This document shows positions 15,806-24,374 of a DNA stretch of 32,538 nucleotides, in pieces. Positions within the stretch are counted from its first letter, which is position 1; each line of letters opens with the position of its first letter. The position numbers and the translations under genes are program-made. Source of the DNA: Archangiaceae bacterium. Lineage in GTDB: Bacteria; Myxococcota; Myxococcia; Myxococcales; Myxococcaceae. The notes under the pieces were generated by a model. The model was not told the origin of the DNA, ran no database searches, and saw only the letters and a program-made list of their open reading frames with translations. Where the stretch lies: the NCBI GenBank assembly GCA_043776025.1, contig JAYVRT010000091.1:1-32538 (forward strand), read 5' to 3'.

Positions 15806-16177
15806 TCAGGCGCTCGCCGACAGCTTCACCCCGCGGGCGCGAAAGCCGCCGACGCCGAGCGCGAGCGCAACCAGCACCGTCAGGCCGAGCGCCAGCAGCA
15901 GGTTGTTGCTCGACTCGGAGAAGCCGACGAGGCCGATCATCCGCGCTGTCTCGGGCGGGAGGTCGGGCGTCCCGGTGATGCCGGCGATCGTCGCCTTGAG
16001 GCCCATCACCATTCCCACCACCCCCGCCAACAACGACGCCCCGCCGAGCGCGCCGATGAGCGGCAACAGCCGGCCCGTCGGCCGCAGCGCGTAGAAGAGC
16101 GCGAGCAGCAGCGAGCCGGTACCGAAGAACGCCGTGGGGAACATGACGAAACCGCCTTCGAGAAAGAATTGCCGCAT
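15806..16177 (-). CDS. Small integral membrane protein (3-4 TM helices), unknown function
   Basis: The 123-aa product has hydrophobic segments FPTAFFGTGSLLLALFYAL, LLPLIGALGGASLLAGVVGMVMGL and LLLALGLTVLVALALGVGGF. High GC3. Confidence 0.55.
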   Translation of the reverse strand: MRQFFLEGGFVMFPTAFFGTGSLLLALFYALRPTGRLLPLIGALGGASLLAGVVGMVMGLKATIAGITGTPDLPPETARMIGLVGFSESSNNLLLALGLTVLVALALGVGGFRARGVKLSASA

Positions 16178-16380
16178 GGGTCTTGCTCCAATGAGGTGAG
16201 GCCGGTTGAGACACCAGCCGGGCGCGACGGTTCCCCGGCCGTCTCGACCCCTGCGGCGCTCACCGCTTCACCACTCCTTCGTACCCATGGTTGGCTCCTT
16301 ATTGGTTGAGCGACAGGGAGTAGACGGAGCGGGCGGAACCAACTCATCGGTCGTTAGAAAGAAAAGTTAAGGTGACGCCC

Positions 16381-17388
16381 ATGCCCTCCGAGACCGAAGC
16401 GTTGACCGCAGCCCGCGGGGGAGATCGTGCCGCCTTCGAGGCGGTGATCCTCCCGTATCGCCGCGAGCTGCGCGCCCACTGCTACCGGATGTCCGGCTCG
16501 ATTCACGACGCCGACGACCTGTTGCAGGAGAGCCTGCTGAAGGCGTGGCGGGCGATCAGCGGCTTCGAGGGCCGATCGAGCCTTCGCACCTGGCTCTACC
16601 GGGTCACCACCAGCGCCTGCCTCGACGCGGTGGATCAACGAAAGACACGCGGGCTGCCGGTGGGCCTGGGGAACCCGACCGAGCCGGGCTCGACGATGTC
16701 GCCCAAGGCCGAGGCGCTGTGGATCGAACCCTGCCCCGAAGACATGGTGGTCGACGCCGCCCGCGGTCCGGACGCGCGTTACTCCGCCCGCGAGAGCGTG
16801 GCGCTGGCCTTCCTCGCCGCGCTGCAGCTGCTGCCAGCAAAGCAGCGCGCGGTCTTGATTCTTCGCGACGTGCTCGGCTGGTCGGCCGCGGAGTGCGCCG
16901 ACCTGCTGCAGTTGACGGTGCCGGCAGTGAACAGCGCGCTCCAGCGCGCCCGGGAGACGCTGTCCCGTTCCGACCGCGCCCGCAAAGAGCGGAGCCAGCC
17001 CGAGGACGAATCCACCCGCGCGCTGCTCGCGCGCTACCTGCGTGTCTGGGAAGAGGCCGACGTCAAGGGCCTGGTGGCGCTGCTCCACGAGGACGCGGTG
17101 CTCTCGATGCCGCCGTACGACGCCTGGTTCAAGGGCGCTCAGGCAATCGCCGATGCGCTGGAGGTGATGGTCCTCACCCCGGGCTCCGCGGGCAGCTTCA
17201 AGCTGGTGCCGATTCGCGCCAGCGGCCAGCCGGCGTTCGCGTTCTACCAGCGGGATCCAGCGACGAAGCAGTTCCGGCCGGCTTCGATCAACGTGGTGGA
17301 GATCGCGCACGGCAAGGTGGTGGAGATCACCGCCTTCCTCGAGCCGAAGCTGTTCCCGCTCTTCGGGCTGCCGCCCGCGCCGGCCTGA
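16381..17388 (+). CDS. ECF-type sigma-70 family RNA polymerase sigma factor with a C-terminal NTF2/SnoaL-like extension
   Basis: Region 2 is RELRAHCYRMSGSIHDADDLLQESLLKAW and TWLYRVTTSACLD. Region 4 is LLPAKQRAVLILRDVLGWSAAECADLLQLTVPAVNSALQRAR. A further domain of about 130 aa (LLARYLRVWEEADVKGLVALLHEDAVLSMPP...) resembles the SnoaL-like domains of ECF41/ECF56-type sigmas. The alternative start is GTG 16372. Confidence 0.8.
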   Translation: MPSETEALTAARGGDRAAFEAVILPYRRELRAHCYRMSGSIHDADDLLQESLLKAWRAISGFEGRSSLRTWLYRVTTSACLDAVDQRKTRGLPVGLGNPTEPGSTMSPKAEALWIEPCPEDMVVDAARGPDARYSARESVALAFLAALQLLPAKQRAVLILRDVLGWSAAECADLLQLTVPAVNSALQRARETLSRSDRARKERSQPEDESTRALLARYLRVWEEADVKGLVALLHEDAVLSMPPYDAWFKGAQAIADALEVMVLTPGSAGSFKLVPIRASGQPAFAFYQRDPATKQFRPASINVVEIAHGKVVEITAFLEPKLFPLFGLPPAPA

Positions 17389-18432
17389 TTACTTCCAGGT
17401 CTTCGTCACCGGGACCAGCCGCCGGCTCCCGCCGACCGCGGCGAGCAAGCCATCGCCGCTGCGAATCAACCGCTCGACGTCCTCGGGCTCCTTGCCACCC
17501 TTGCAGGTCCAGCGGGGCGCCTCGACCGGCACCGGTGGCCCCTCGCACTTGCGGCCGTCCTTGAGCTCAAACGCCCAGAAATAGTTTGGCTGCTTCGGGG
17601 CGGGGGCCTTGCTCGGCGCGAACTTGATCATCCGGATCGCCACGCCCTTGTTGAACGGGCTGTGGAAGCAGGCGAACACCTTTCCCTGGACGAAGCACCG
17701 CGCGGTGTCGCACTTAATCGTGCCGCCGGGCGCCGGCTCGCAGTCCCACTTCTCCTTGCCCGGTGTCGCGGGCACCTTGCCTGGCTTGAAGGACTCCGCC
17801 GACGGCGCCACCAGCTTCTCCCGCGCCTTGGCCCCGAGGGTCGACGGCAGCTTGCTCACCAGCTTGATCGCCTCGGTCTGCGCTCCGGGCGCAGGCCCCT
17901 GGGTGCGGAACTGGCGGGTGAAGCCGCCGCGTTGCAGCTCGAGGGTGCTGAGCGTCAGGTCTTTGCCCGCCGCGCGGGCGTCATCGAGCGTCCACCACTT
18001 GAGCCCATCGAGCGCCTTGAGCAGCTTGCTGACCGCGGCGGCGTCGAGCCGGTAGATGTCGACCTTCTCGGTCTTCCCAGTGACCATCTGGGTCAGCACC
18101 GCGCCCCTGGCATCGCCGATGACACGGATGTCGTCCTCGACCAGCGGGTCGCCCTTGGCGCAGTTGTAGTGAAGGTCGAAGGGGCCACCCAGCTGGGCGC
18201 CAGTTGGAGGCGCGACCACGGCCGGTGCCGGAGGAGGCGTCGGGGGGCCGGCAGGCTCGGGCTCGGCGGGCCTGGATGGCGGCGGGCGGGTGTCCGGGGT
18301 GCGATCCACCGGCCGTGAGAGCGGGCCGGCGAGCCCGGGGATCTTGGTGAGTGGCGATGGGTTCTCGGGCTGCTCGTTGCAAGCGAGCAGCGTCGCGAAG
18401 ACCACCCCAACCAGCCACAGACGCATCGTCAC
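17389..18432 (-). CDS. Lipoprotein with a Pro-rich linker and a Cys-containing C-terminal domain, unknown function
   Basis: Lipobox LLAC (MRLWLVGVVFATLLAC), then a Pro-rich tract (RPPPSRPAEPEPAGPPTPPPAP). The C-terminal part has 6 Cys. The start is either GTG 18432 (GTGA overlap with the upstream stop) or ATG 18426. Confidence 0.65.
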   Translation of the reverse strand: MTMRLWLVGVVFATLLACNEQPENPSPLTKIPGLAGPLSRPVDRTPDTRPPPSRPAEPEPAGPPTPPPAPAVVAPPTGAQLGGPFDLHYNCAKGDPLVEDDIRVIGDARGAVLTQMVTGKTEKVDIYRLDAAAVSKLLKALDGLKWWTLDDARAAGKDLTLSTLELQRGGFTRQFRTQGPAPGAQTEAIKLVSKLPSTLGAKAREKLVAPSAESFKPGKVPATPGKEKWDCEPAPGGTIKCDTARCFVQGKVFACFHSPFNKGVAIRMIKFAPSKAPAPKQPNYFWAFELKDGRKCEGPPVPVEAPRWTCKGGKEPEDVERLIRSGDGLLAAVGGSRRLVPVTKTWK

Positions 18433-18761
18433 TTTCCCGAGAGCAGCTCTTCGATCTGTTGAATCATCTCCGACTCGGAGGCCTCGACCTTTCCGTCGGC
18501 CGCGACGAGCGCGCGGGCGGCCTCGAGCACCTCGTCCGGCCGGGTGCGCAGCAGCTTCAGGTTCGGTTGGGGCAGCGGCTCGCCCTCGTCGAGGCGCTGC
18601 ATCAGCAGCTTGAGCTCGGGCTCGGGCACGAACCAGCTGCGGGCGAGCCCGAAGATCAGCTCCTTTTCGCGCGGGTCGACCTCGTCGTCGGCCCAGGCGA
18701 CCTGGAGCAGCAGCTTGATCACTTCGGTGTCGAACGACACGTCCCCAGTGCCTTTGCCCAT
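18429..18761 (-). CDS. TerB-like (tellurite-resistance TerB / DjlA N-domain-like) small protein
   Basis: The 110-aa product contains VIKLLLQVAWADDEVDPREKELIFGLARSW and ARALVAADGKVEASESEMIQQIEELL. These are two helical A-D-G/D-E repeats typical of TerB-fold proteins. Confidence 0.6.
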   Translation of the reverse strand: MGKGTGDVSFDTEVIKLLLQVAWADDEVDPREKELIFGLARSWFVPEPELKLLMQRLDEGEPLPQPNLKLLRTRPDEVLEAARALVAADGKVEASESEMIQQIEELLSGK

Positions 18762-18800
18762 GAGGGCGCAGCGTACACGGGGCGAGTAGGCTCCTGCGCC

Positions 18801-20294
18801 ATGAAACCGACCACCCACCCCCAGGTCATCCTCCGCCACTGTGCCGAGTACGACGCGCAGGCGATCCGCCGGATCGTCCGCGAAGGTATGGACGAGCTCG
18901 GCCTCAAGCCTTTTGGCCGGACGCTGGTGAAGCCGAACGTCGTCTCGTCGGGGCCGCTGTTCGAGCACGCCCACACCCGGGCCGAGGTCGTCGAAGGGGT
19001 GCTGCTGGCGATCAAAGACCGCGCGGAGAAGCTCGAAGAGCTGGCGGTGGGAGAGCGCTGCGGCATCACCATCCCCACCCGCTACGCCTTCGCCGGCGCC
19101 GGCTACGACGAGATGTTCGAGCGGCAGAAGGTGAAGCGCTATTGCTTCGAGGAGGAGCCGCAGGTCGAGATCCCCTTGCGCCACCCCGGCCGGCTGCGGG
19201 ACTTCGTCTTCACCCCCGAGCCGGTCGCCCGCGCCGACTTCTTCGTCAACTGCCCGAAGTTCAAGTCGCACCCCTGGACCACGGTCACCTTCTCGATGAA
19301 GAACTACATCGGAATCCAGGACGACCGTCACCGGCTGATCGACCACGACCACCGGCTCAACGAGAAGGTGGCGGACCTGCAGCACATCGTCCAGCCGCGG
19401 TTGGTGGTGATCGACGCGATCATCGCCGGAGAAGGGCGGATGCTGACCCCGCTGCCGAAGCGGCTGAACCTGCTCATCCTCGGAAACAACCAGCCGGCGA
19501 TCGACGCGGTCTGCTGCCAAATCATCGGCGTCGACCCAAAGGACGTGGAGCACATCCGCCTGCCGTCCGAGCGCGGCTTCGGGCCGATCGACCTGGCGAA
19601 GATCAAGCTCAGCGGCGACGTGACGCTGGAAGAGGCGCAAGGCCGGGCCAAGGGCTTCAAGGTCGGGCTGGTGCGGGTGGAGAAGTACTTCGAGGGCACG
19701 CACATCACCGCGTACGCCGGCCCGCCGCCAGAAATGGAGCGCACCGACTACTGCTGGGGCGGCTGCCCCGGAGCACTCGAAGAGGCGATCGAGCTCCTGC
19801 GCCTGTTCGATGCACAGACCGACACCAAGATGCCGCGGCTGCACATCGTCTTTGGCGCCTACCAAGGGAAGATCGACGCCAGGCCCGGCGAGAAGGTGAT
19901 CTTCATCGGTGACTGCGCGAGCTGGAAGGGTTCGATCGCCGGCGAGCCGGTGAGCATCGAGAGCGTCTACCAACCGCGGGAGACGAAGGACCCGCACCAC
20001 GCCAAGCACGACGACCTCTACGCGAAGATGGTGACGGTGACCGCCAGGCTCGCCGCCTCGCGCAACAAACAGGTGATGCGGATGAACGGCTGTCCGGTGA
20101 GCGTCGCCGAGCAGGTGCTGACGCTGGTGGCGATGAGCGGGGCGAAGAACCCGTACTTCGAGAAGAGCGAGATCCTCAAGTTCAACAAGGCGTACATCGC
20201 CTGGCGGGCGACGATGGCCGGCAAGCGGCTGCGCGGGCAGAAGTACCAGGTGCCCGGCCCGACGAAGCGCGGCGACGGCCAGCCGGAGCTCTAA
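18801..20294 (+). CDS. DUF362 domain-containing protein
   Basis: The 497-aa product contains TLVKPNVV, FVNCPKFKSHPWTTVTFSMKNYIG and VVIDAIIAGEG, motifs I recognise from DUF362. The C-terminal half carries spaced Cys residues (CWGGCPG, GDCASW, NGCPVS). Confidence 0.7.
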   Translation: MKPTTHPQVILRHCAEYDAQAIRRIVREGMDELGLKPFGRTLVKPNVVSSGPLFEHAHTRAEVVEGVLLAIKDRAEKLEELAVGERCGITIPTRYAFAGAGYDEMFERQKVKRYCFEEEPQVEIPLRHPGRLRDFVFTPEPVARADFFVNCPKFKSHPWTTVTFSMKNYIGIQDDRHRLIDHDHRLNEKVADLQHIVQPRLVVIDAIIAGEGRMLTPLPKRLNLLILGNNQPAIDAVCCQIIGVDPKDVEHIRLPSERGFGPIDLAKIKLSGDVTLEEAQGRAKGFKVGLVRVEKYFEGTHITAYAGPPPEMERTDYCWGGCPGALEEAIELLRLFDAQTDTKMPRLHIVFGAYQGKIDARPGEKVIFIGDCASWKGSIAGEPVSIESVYQPRETKDPHHAKHDDLYAKMVTVTARLAASRNKQVMRMNGCPVSVAEQVLTLVAMSGAKNPYFEKSEILKFNKAYIAWRATMAGKRLRGQKYQVPGPTKRGDGQPEL

Positions 20295-21322
20295 ACAAGC
20301 GCGTTCCAGTCGACGAGGTCCACCGTCTGCGGCGCGACCTGGAACTCGACGACCTCCCGCGGGCCGACCGGATCTCCCGCGACCTGAAACGGCATCGGAC
20401 GGGAGAACGTCATCCGCGCCCGGGTGATGAAGAAGTCGTGCATCCCCGCGAGCGGAAACGCCCCGCGCCACAGCTTGAACATGTTGCGCGCCGCCTCGAA
20501 CGCGGTGCGATCGTAGACGCGCATGTTGAGCGTCCCCGGCACCAGCCCAGCGAAGGGGTAGGCCTTGAAGCGCGCGCCCCACTCCGGCTCGACCGCGGCG
20601 CCACCGACGGAGATCGGCCCCTCGTAGAGCTTCGTCGGAGCATGGGCGACGGGCACCGGCTTGCCATGCGTGTCGAGAGTGAGCGCGGGGGCGCCGAGGT
20701 TCTCCAGCGTCACCCGCACCGGCCCATGGCGGCGGTTGTTCGCGATGTCCTGCGGCACGGTGACGGTGAAGGTGGAGTAGAGGTAGCCAAGGAGGCCCTT
20801 GTTGAGCTGGGCGACGAACTTGCCGCCGACGGGGTTGTTCTTCAGCTTTTGCAGGTTCTGGCCGTAGTCGTGGAGCACCGTCGCATCGAGGCCGACGCAC
20901 GCGAACTGACTCAGCGTGCCTTCGATCTCGATCAGGTTGAACCGTCGAATCGGCGGCGTCCACGACAGGCCCGGCAGGCAGCGCAGCGCCTTGCGAAACG
21001 GCGGCGCCCCCACCGCGTTCGGCCAGCCGTTGCCGGTGCCCAGCCGCAGCAGGCAGATCGGCGGGAAGCCCGACATCCCCGCCTCGCGCAGCCAGTTGAG
21101 CAGCTTGGAGATGGTGCCGTCGCCGCCGCCACAGAACAAGAGCGCCGGAGGACGTCGGGCGATCTCCCCGGCGAACTTCTTCGCATCCTCGAAGCTCTTC
21201 GAGAGAAAGACGCGGGCGTTGGGCAGCGCCGCCGAGAAGTCGCGCACCACCTTCGGGGTCACCTGCTTTGCCCGGCCGTTGAACCACGCCGCGCAGTCGT
21301 CGCCGAGGCCGAGGGTCTGCAT
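20291..21322 (-). CDS. Diacylglycerol-kinase catalytic-domain family lipid kinase
   Basis: The 343-aa product has the LLFCGGGDGT motif (the GGDG nucleotide-binding loop of DAGK_cat/YegS-like kinases) and LGTGN. Its stop overlaps the DUF362 stop (CTAA at 20291-20294). Confidence 0.7.
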   Translation of the reverse strand: MQTLGLGDDCAAWFNGRAKQVTPKVVRDFSAALPNARVFLSKSFEDAKKFAGEIARRPPALLFCGGGDGTISKLLNWLREAGMSGFPPICLLRLGTGNGWPNAVGAPPFRKALRCLPGLSWTPPIRRFNLIEIEGTLSQFACVGLDATVLHDYGQNLQKLKNNPVGGKFVAQLNKGLLGYLYSTFTVTVPQDIANNRRHGPVRVTLENLGAPALTLDTHGKPVPVAHAPTKLYEGPISVGGAAVEPEWGARFKAYPFAGLVPGTLNMRVYDRTAFEAARNMFKLWRGAFPLAGMHDFFITRARMTFSRPMPFQVAGDPVGPREVVEFQVAPQTVDLVDWNALV

Positions 21323-21331
21323 CGGGCCGGC

Positions 21332-22153
21332 CTACTCGCGCTTCTTCAACCGATCCGCGAGCGCCTGGAGGTTGGGAGCGGCCAGCGCCGGCGCTGACAT
21401 GCCCGCCTCGAAGCCGGCGACGTCGTCGTAGTAGCGCTTGGTCAGCGCCCGCAGCGTCGGCGAGGTGTAGACCTCGGCGCGGGGGTTCTCGATCATCCCG
21501 GCGATGACGTCGGCCACGTCGTCGGCGGTCTGCACCGCGGTGAGCCGGGGCGGCGGTACCATCGGCGTGCCCCCGAGCGAGGAGACCGCGAAGTCGGTGG
21601 CCACCGGGCCGGGCATCACCAGGCCGACCTGAATTCCGGGGAAAGCTCTGGCGAGATCCATTCGCAGGTTCGCGGTGAGCGCGTTGAGCGCCGCCTTCGC
21701 CGCGTTGTACGCCGAGCGGTAGGACGCCAGCGGCACCCGTCCGAGGAAGGAGGAGACGTTGACCAGCTGCCCCTCTTTGCGTTCCTTGAAGTGCGGCACC
21801 ACCGCCTGCATCCCGTAGAGGGCGGCTTTGACGTTGATCGCCATCATCTGGTCGAAGTCGTCGTCGGTCAGCTCCAGCACCTTCTTCCCGATGCCCCGGC
21901 CGGCGTTGTTGACCCAGACGTCGATCTTCCCGAAGGCCTTGATCGCCTCGTCGCGCAGCCGCTCGACCTGGGCGCGCACCAGCACGTCGGTCACCACCGC
22001 CTGCGCCTTGCCGCTTGCCGCGGCGATCGCCTGCAGCTCCTTCTCCCTCCGGGCGGCGAGCACCAGCTGATGCCCCTCTGACCCCAGCTGCTTCGCGAGG
22101 GCGGCCCCGATGCCAGAGCTGGCCCCGGTGATCACGATTACCTTGCTGTCCAT
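21332..22153 (-). CDS. Short-chain dehydrogenase/reductase (classical SDR)
   Basis: The 273-aa product has TGASSGIG, NNAG and the catalytic S...YxxxK motif (SSF...YNAAK). GGGAGG SD lies upstream. A 9-nt gap separates it from the downstream lipid kinase gene. Confidence 0.9.
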   Translation of the reverse strand: MDSKVIVITGASSGIGAALAKQLGSEGHQLVLAARREKELQAIAAASGKAQAVVTDVLVRAQVERLRDEAIKAFGKIDVWVNNAGRGIGKKVLELTDDDFDQMMAINVKAALYGMQAVVPHFKERKEGQLVNVSSFLGRVPLASYRSAYNAAKAALNALTANLRMDLARAFPGIQVGLVMPGPVATDFAVSSLGGTPMVPPPRLTAVQTADDVADVIAGMIENPRAEVYTSPTLRALTKRYYDDVAGFEAGMSAPALAAPNLQALADRLKKRE

Positions 22154-22341
22154 CGACGCCCTCCCTTCGCGAGGAGCCGACTCTACGCACCTGCGCCCGC
22201 TTCGCTAGTACGACAACCCAGAAGTTCATGCATGCCTGGGTCGCCGAACCATGCACGCAGGGACTTCTGCGCTGCCGTACCAGCGAATCGTGAGGGTCAG
22301 TGGCAGGAGATCGCCACCGAGTCGGGATCATCGCCGCAGCC

Positions 22342-22935
22342 CTACGTGCAGCCGGGCGTCAGCTGGTCCGGCGTCAGCCCAGTCATCTTGCAGGTCTTCT
22401 TTCCGCAGGTGACGAGGTACGCCCCGTCGGTGCACTTGCCCGCCTTGCAGCCTTTGGCCAGCGGCGGCGCGGGGTCGCACTTCGACGGGTGACAGGGCGC
22501 CAGGTCGTCCACCGTCGCCTCGTCCTTGCCCAGCTTCTTCAGCAGCTTCGCCATCGCCTTCGGGCTGCCTTTGCAGGTGAGCTCGTTGGCGACCTCGGCG
22601 TTGTTCTTCGCCAGCTGCTCCTGTTTCGTCATCCCCTCCTTCTCGGGCAGGTCGTCGAAGACGCGGCGCAGGGTGAGGACGCAGGCGACGTCCACCGCGC
22701 GCACTGAGATCTCCGCGTGCCCGGTGGCGCCCTTGAGCGTCTTCGGGCCGTCGTGCTTGAGCCACTCGAAGATCTCCAGCCGTCCGTTCGCCTCGAGGCC
22801 GTCCTCGGCGGCGGAGACGAGGCAGTCGCGGTCGCCGCACTGCGTCGGGGGCGGCTTCACCACCTTCGCCGCCTTCGGCGCGGCGGCGAGCAGGGCCGGG
22901 AGCAACGCGAGGAGGACTTTCATTCGCCGGATCAT
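22342..22935 (-). CDS. Secreted Cys-rich, Lys-rich protein, unknown function
   Basis: Signal peptide MKVLLALLPALLAAAP. The mature part has 12 Cys, clustered at both ends (CGDRDC; CHPSKCDPAPPLAKGCKAGKCTDGAYLVTCGKKTCK). The alternative start is ATG 22923. Confidence 0.55.
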   Translation of the reverse strand: MIRRMKVLLALLPALLAAAPKAAKVVKPPPTQCGDRDCLVSAAEDGLEANGRLEIFEWLKHDGPKTLKGATGHAEISVRAVDVACVLTLRRVFDDLPEKEGMTKQEQLAKNNAEVANELTCKGSPKAMAKLLKKLGKDEATVDDLAPCHPSKCDPAPPLAKGCKAGKCTDGAYLVTCGKKTCKMTGLTPDQLTPGCT

Positions 22936-22941
22936 ATCCGG
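22927..22941. promoter_or_regulatory. Inverted repeat CCGGAT-N3-ATCCGG in the 22-nt divergent gap
   Basis: The arms are at 22927-22932 and 22936-22941. The 3-nt spacer is the complement of the candidate ATG at 22935. Confidence 0.25.
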
Positions 22942-22957
22942 AGCTACGTTCTCCCCA

Positions 22958-24271
22958 ATGGCAGCGCGGGTTCCTTTCGAGCCGCTGGACAAGGCGTGCC
23001 TCGCGGCGACGCAGGCTCCGTGGGCGTCGTTCGCGCCGACCTGGCGGCTCGAGTACCGCGGCGAGCTCGACGAGCAGCGATTGGGCGTTGCCCTCGGGCG
23101 GGTGCTCGCCCGCTACCCGTGGTGCGCCTGCCGGGTCGACGGTCTGCACTGGGTACCCGGAGCACCGCCGGCCTTCACGGTCCTCGACCTACGCGGAGCC
23201 GCCGACGGCGCCGAGCGCGAGGCGGCGCTGGCGCAGCGCTTCCTCGACCTGCAGCGCGAGCCGCCGCTGGCGGTGACCTGGGTGCGGCGCAGCGACAACG
23301 CCGGGGCGCTCGTCCTTCAACAGCACCACGCGCTCGCCGACGGCCGCGCCTTCTTCGCGCTGCTCGCCGACTTCGTCACCGCCCTCGACGGCCCGCTGCC
23401 GGACGGCGTCATGCCCCGGCGGAAGGAGCGGGAGGTGCTGCCCGAGCGCGGGGTCAGCCGATTGGCGGCGTTCTTCCGCGGTGCCTGGAGCACGCTCGGC
23501 GAGCTGGCGCTGGGGACGCTGCGACCGCTCAGTCCGCTCTTCAGCAACGTCGGAACCGACTACTCCGGCAAGGACCGGACGACGCACCTCTTCGTTCCCT
23601 TCGCCCGCCTCGAGGCGTGGCGCGAAGGCCGCAAGAAGCTGGGGCTCTCGGCGAACGACGTCCTCGCCGGCGCGCTCTGCGTCGCGCTCGGCCGCTGGAG
23701 CCGGGACCACGGCGTTGCCCCCGGCCGACACAACCTGCTGATGCCGATCGACCTGCGGCCGCGCGACGGCTTCGAGTCCTTCGCCAACCACCTCTCCTCG
23801 CTGCAGGTGCGCTGGCGCATGACCGACCGTCCGGTCGACCTCGCGCGAGCGCTCCAGCAGGCCGCGGCCCCGGTGCTCGCGGCGCGGCTGCCCTGGCTGC
23901 GCGTCCTCTTCGACGGGTGGATGCTGCGAGTCACTCCGTTGAAGGTGCTGCGGCAGTCGCTGCTGGTGCAGCAGCGGCTGCTGACGAACCACTCGTTCTC
24001 GAACCTGATTCCGCTCGGCACCGCCCGGCGCTGGACGGCGCGCGGCGTGGAGTTCGGGCGGGTGTTGATCACCACCCCGTGCACGCCGCCGCAGGCCGCG
24101 AACACCACCGTCGTCCGCTGTGGCGATGAGCTGTGCTTCAACTTCAACTTCAAAGACAGCGCGCTGATTCCCGCCCAGGTTGACGCGCTGGTGGCCCACT
24201 TCAGCCGGGCGCTGAACGAGGTGGATGTCGAGCTCGGTGTGAATTCTCCGGACGGCGTCGCGTCTGTTTGA
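22958..24271 (+). CDS. Condensation-domain / WS-DGAT / PapA-like acyltransferase (HHxxxDG superfamily)
   Basis: The 437-aa product has HHALADG at nt 23324-23344, about 125 aa from the N-terminus as in this superfamily. A mid-protein NDVLAGAL segment resembles the acceptor-site motif. Confidence 0.65.
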   Translation: MAARVPFEPLDKACLAATQAPWASFAPTWRLEYRGELDEQRLGVALGRVLARYPWCACRVDGLHWVPGAPPAFTVLDLRGAADGAEREAALAQRFLDLQREPPLAVTWVRRSDNAGALVLQQHHALADGRAFFALLADFVTALDGPLPDGVMPRRKEREVLPERGVSRLAAFFRGAWSTLGELALGTLRPLSPLFSNVGTDYSGKDRTTHLFVPFARLEAWREGRKKLGLSANDVLAGALCVALGRWSRDHGVAPGRHNLLMPIDLRPRDGFESFANHLSSLQVRWRMTDRPVDLARALQQAAAPVLAARLPWLRVLFDGWMLRVTPLKVLRQSLLVQQRLLTNHSFSNLIPLGTARRWTARGVEFGRVLITTPCTPPQAANTTVVRCGDELCFNFNFKDSALIPAQVDALVAHFSRALNEVDVELGVNSPDGVASV

Positions 24272-24374
24272 GCGCAGATCAAGACGGCGCCGGCCGAGGG
24301 CCGTCACCTCGCCACGAAGAAGCAGTCTCCTCCCGCGCTCTGGTCGAAGGCGGAACCGTTGGGAGCGCCGCGGA

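Noticed and set aside
16006-16347. A 113-aa minus-strand ORF bridging the membrane-protein gene and the sigma upstream region.
   Set aside because: It overlaps the better-supported membrane-protein frame, has Ser/Arg/Pro-rich composition, and has no SD or signal features.
16335-16355. An ECF-type promoter GGAAC ... CGTT upstream of the ECF sigma gene.
   Set aside because: The spacer between GGAAC (16335-16339) and CGTT (16352-16355) is only 12 nt, whereas known ECF promoters have about 16-17 nt. This is probably a chance match.
18429-22331. A 1300-aa minus-strand ORF spanning the DUF362, lipid-kinase and SDR regions.
   Set aside because: Only the last 110 aa (the TerB-like protein, from ATG 18761) look like protein. 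The rest is Arg/Gly/Ala/Pro-rich. It runs antisense to DUF362 and out of frame with the recognisable kinase and SDR genes.
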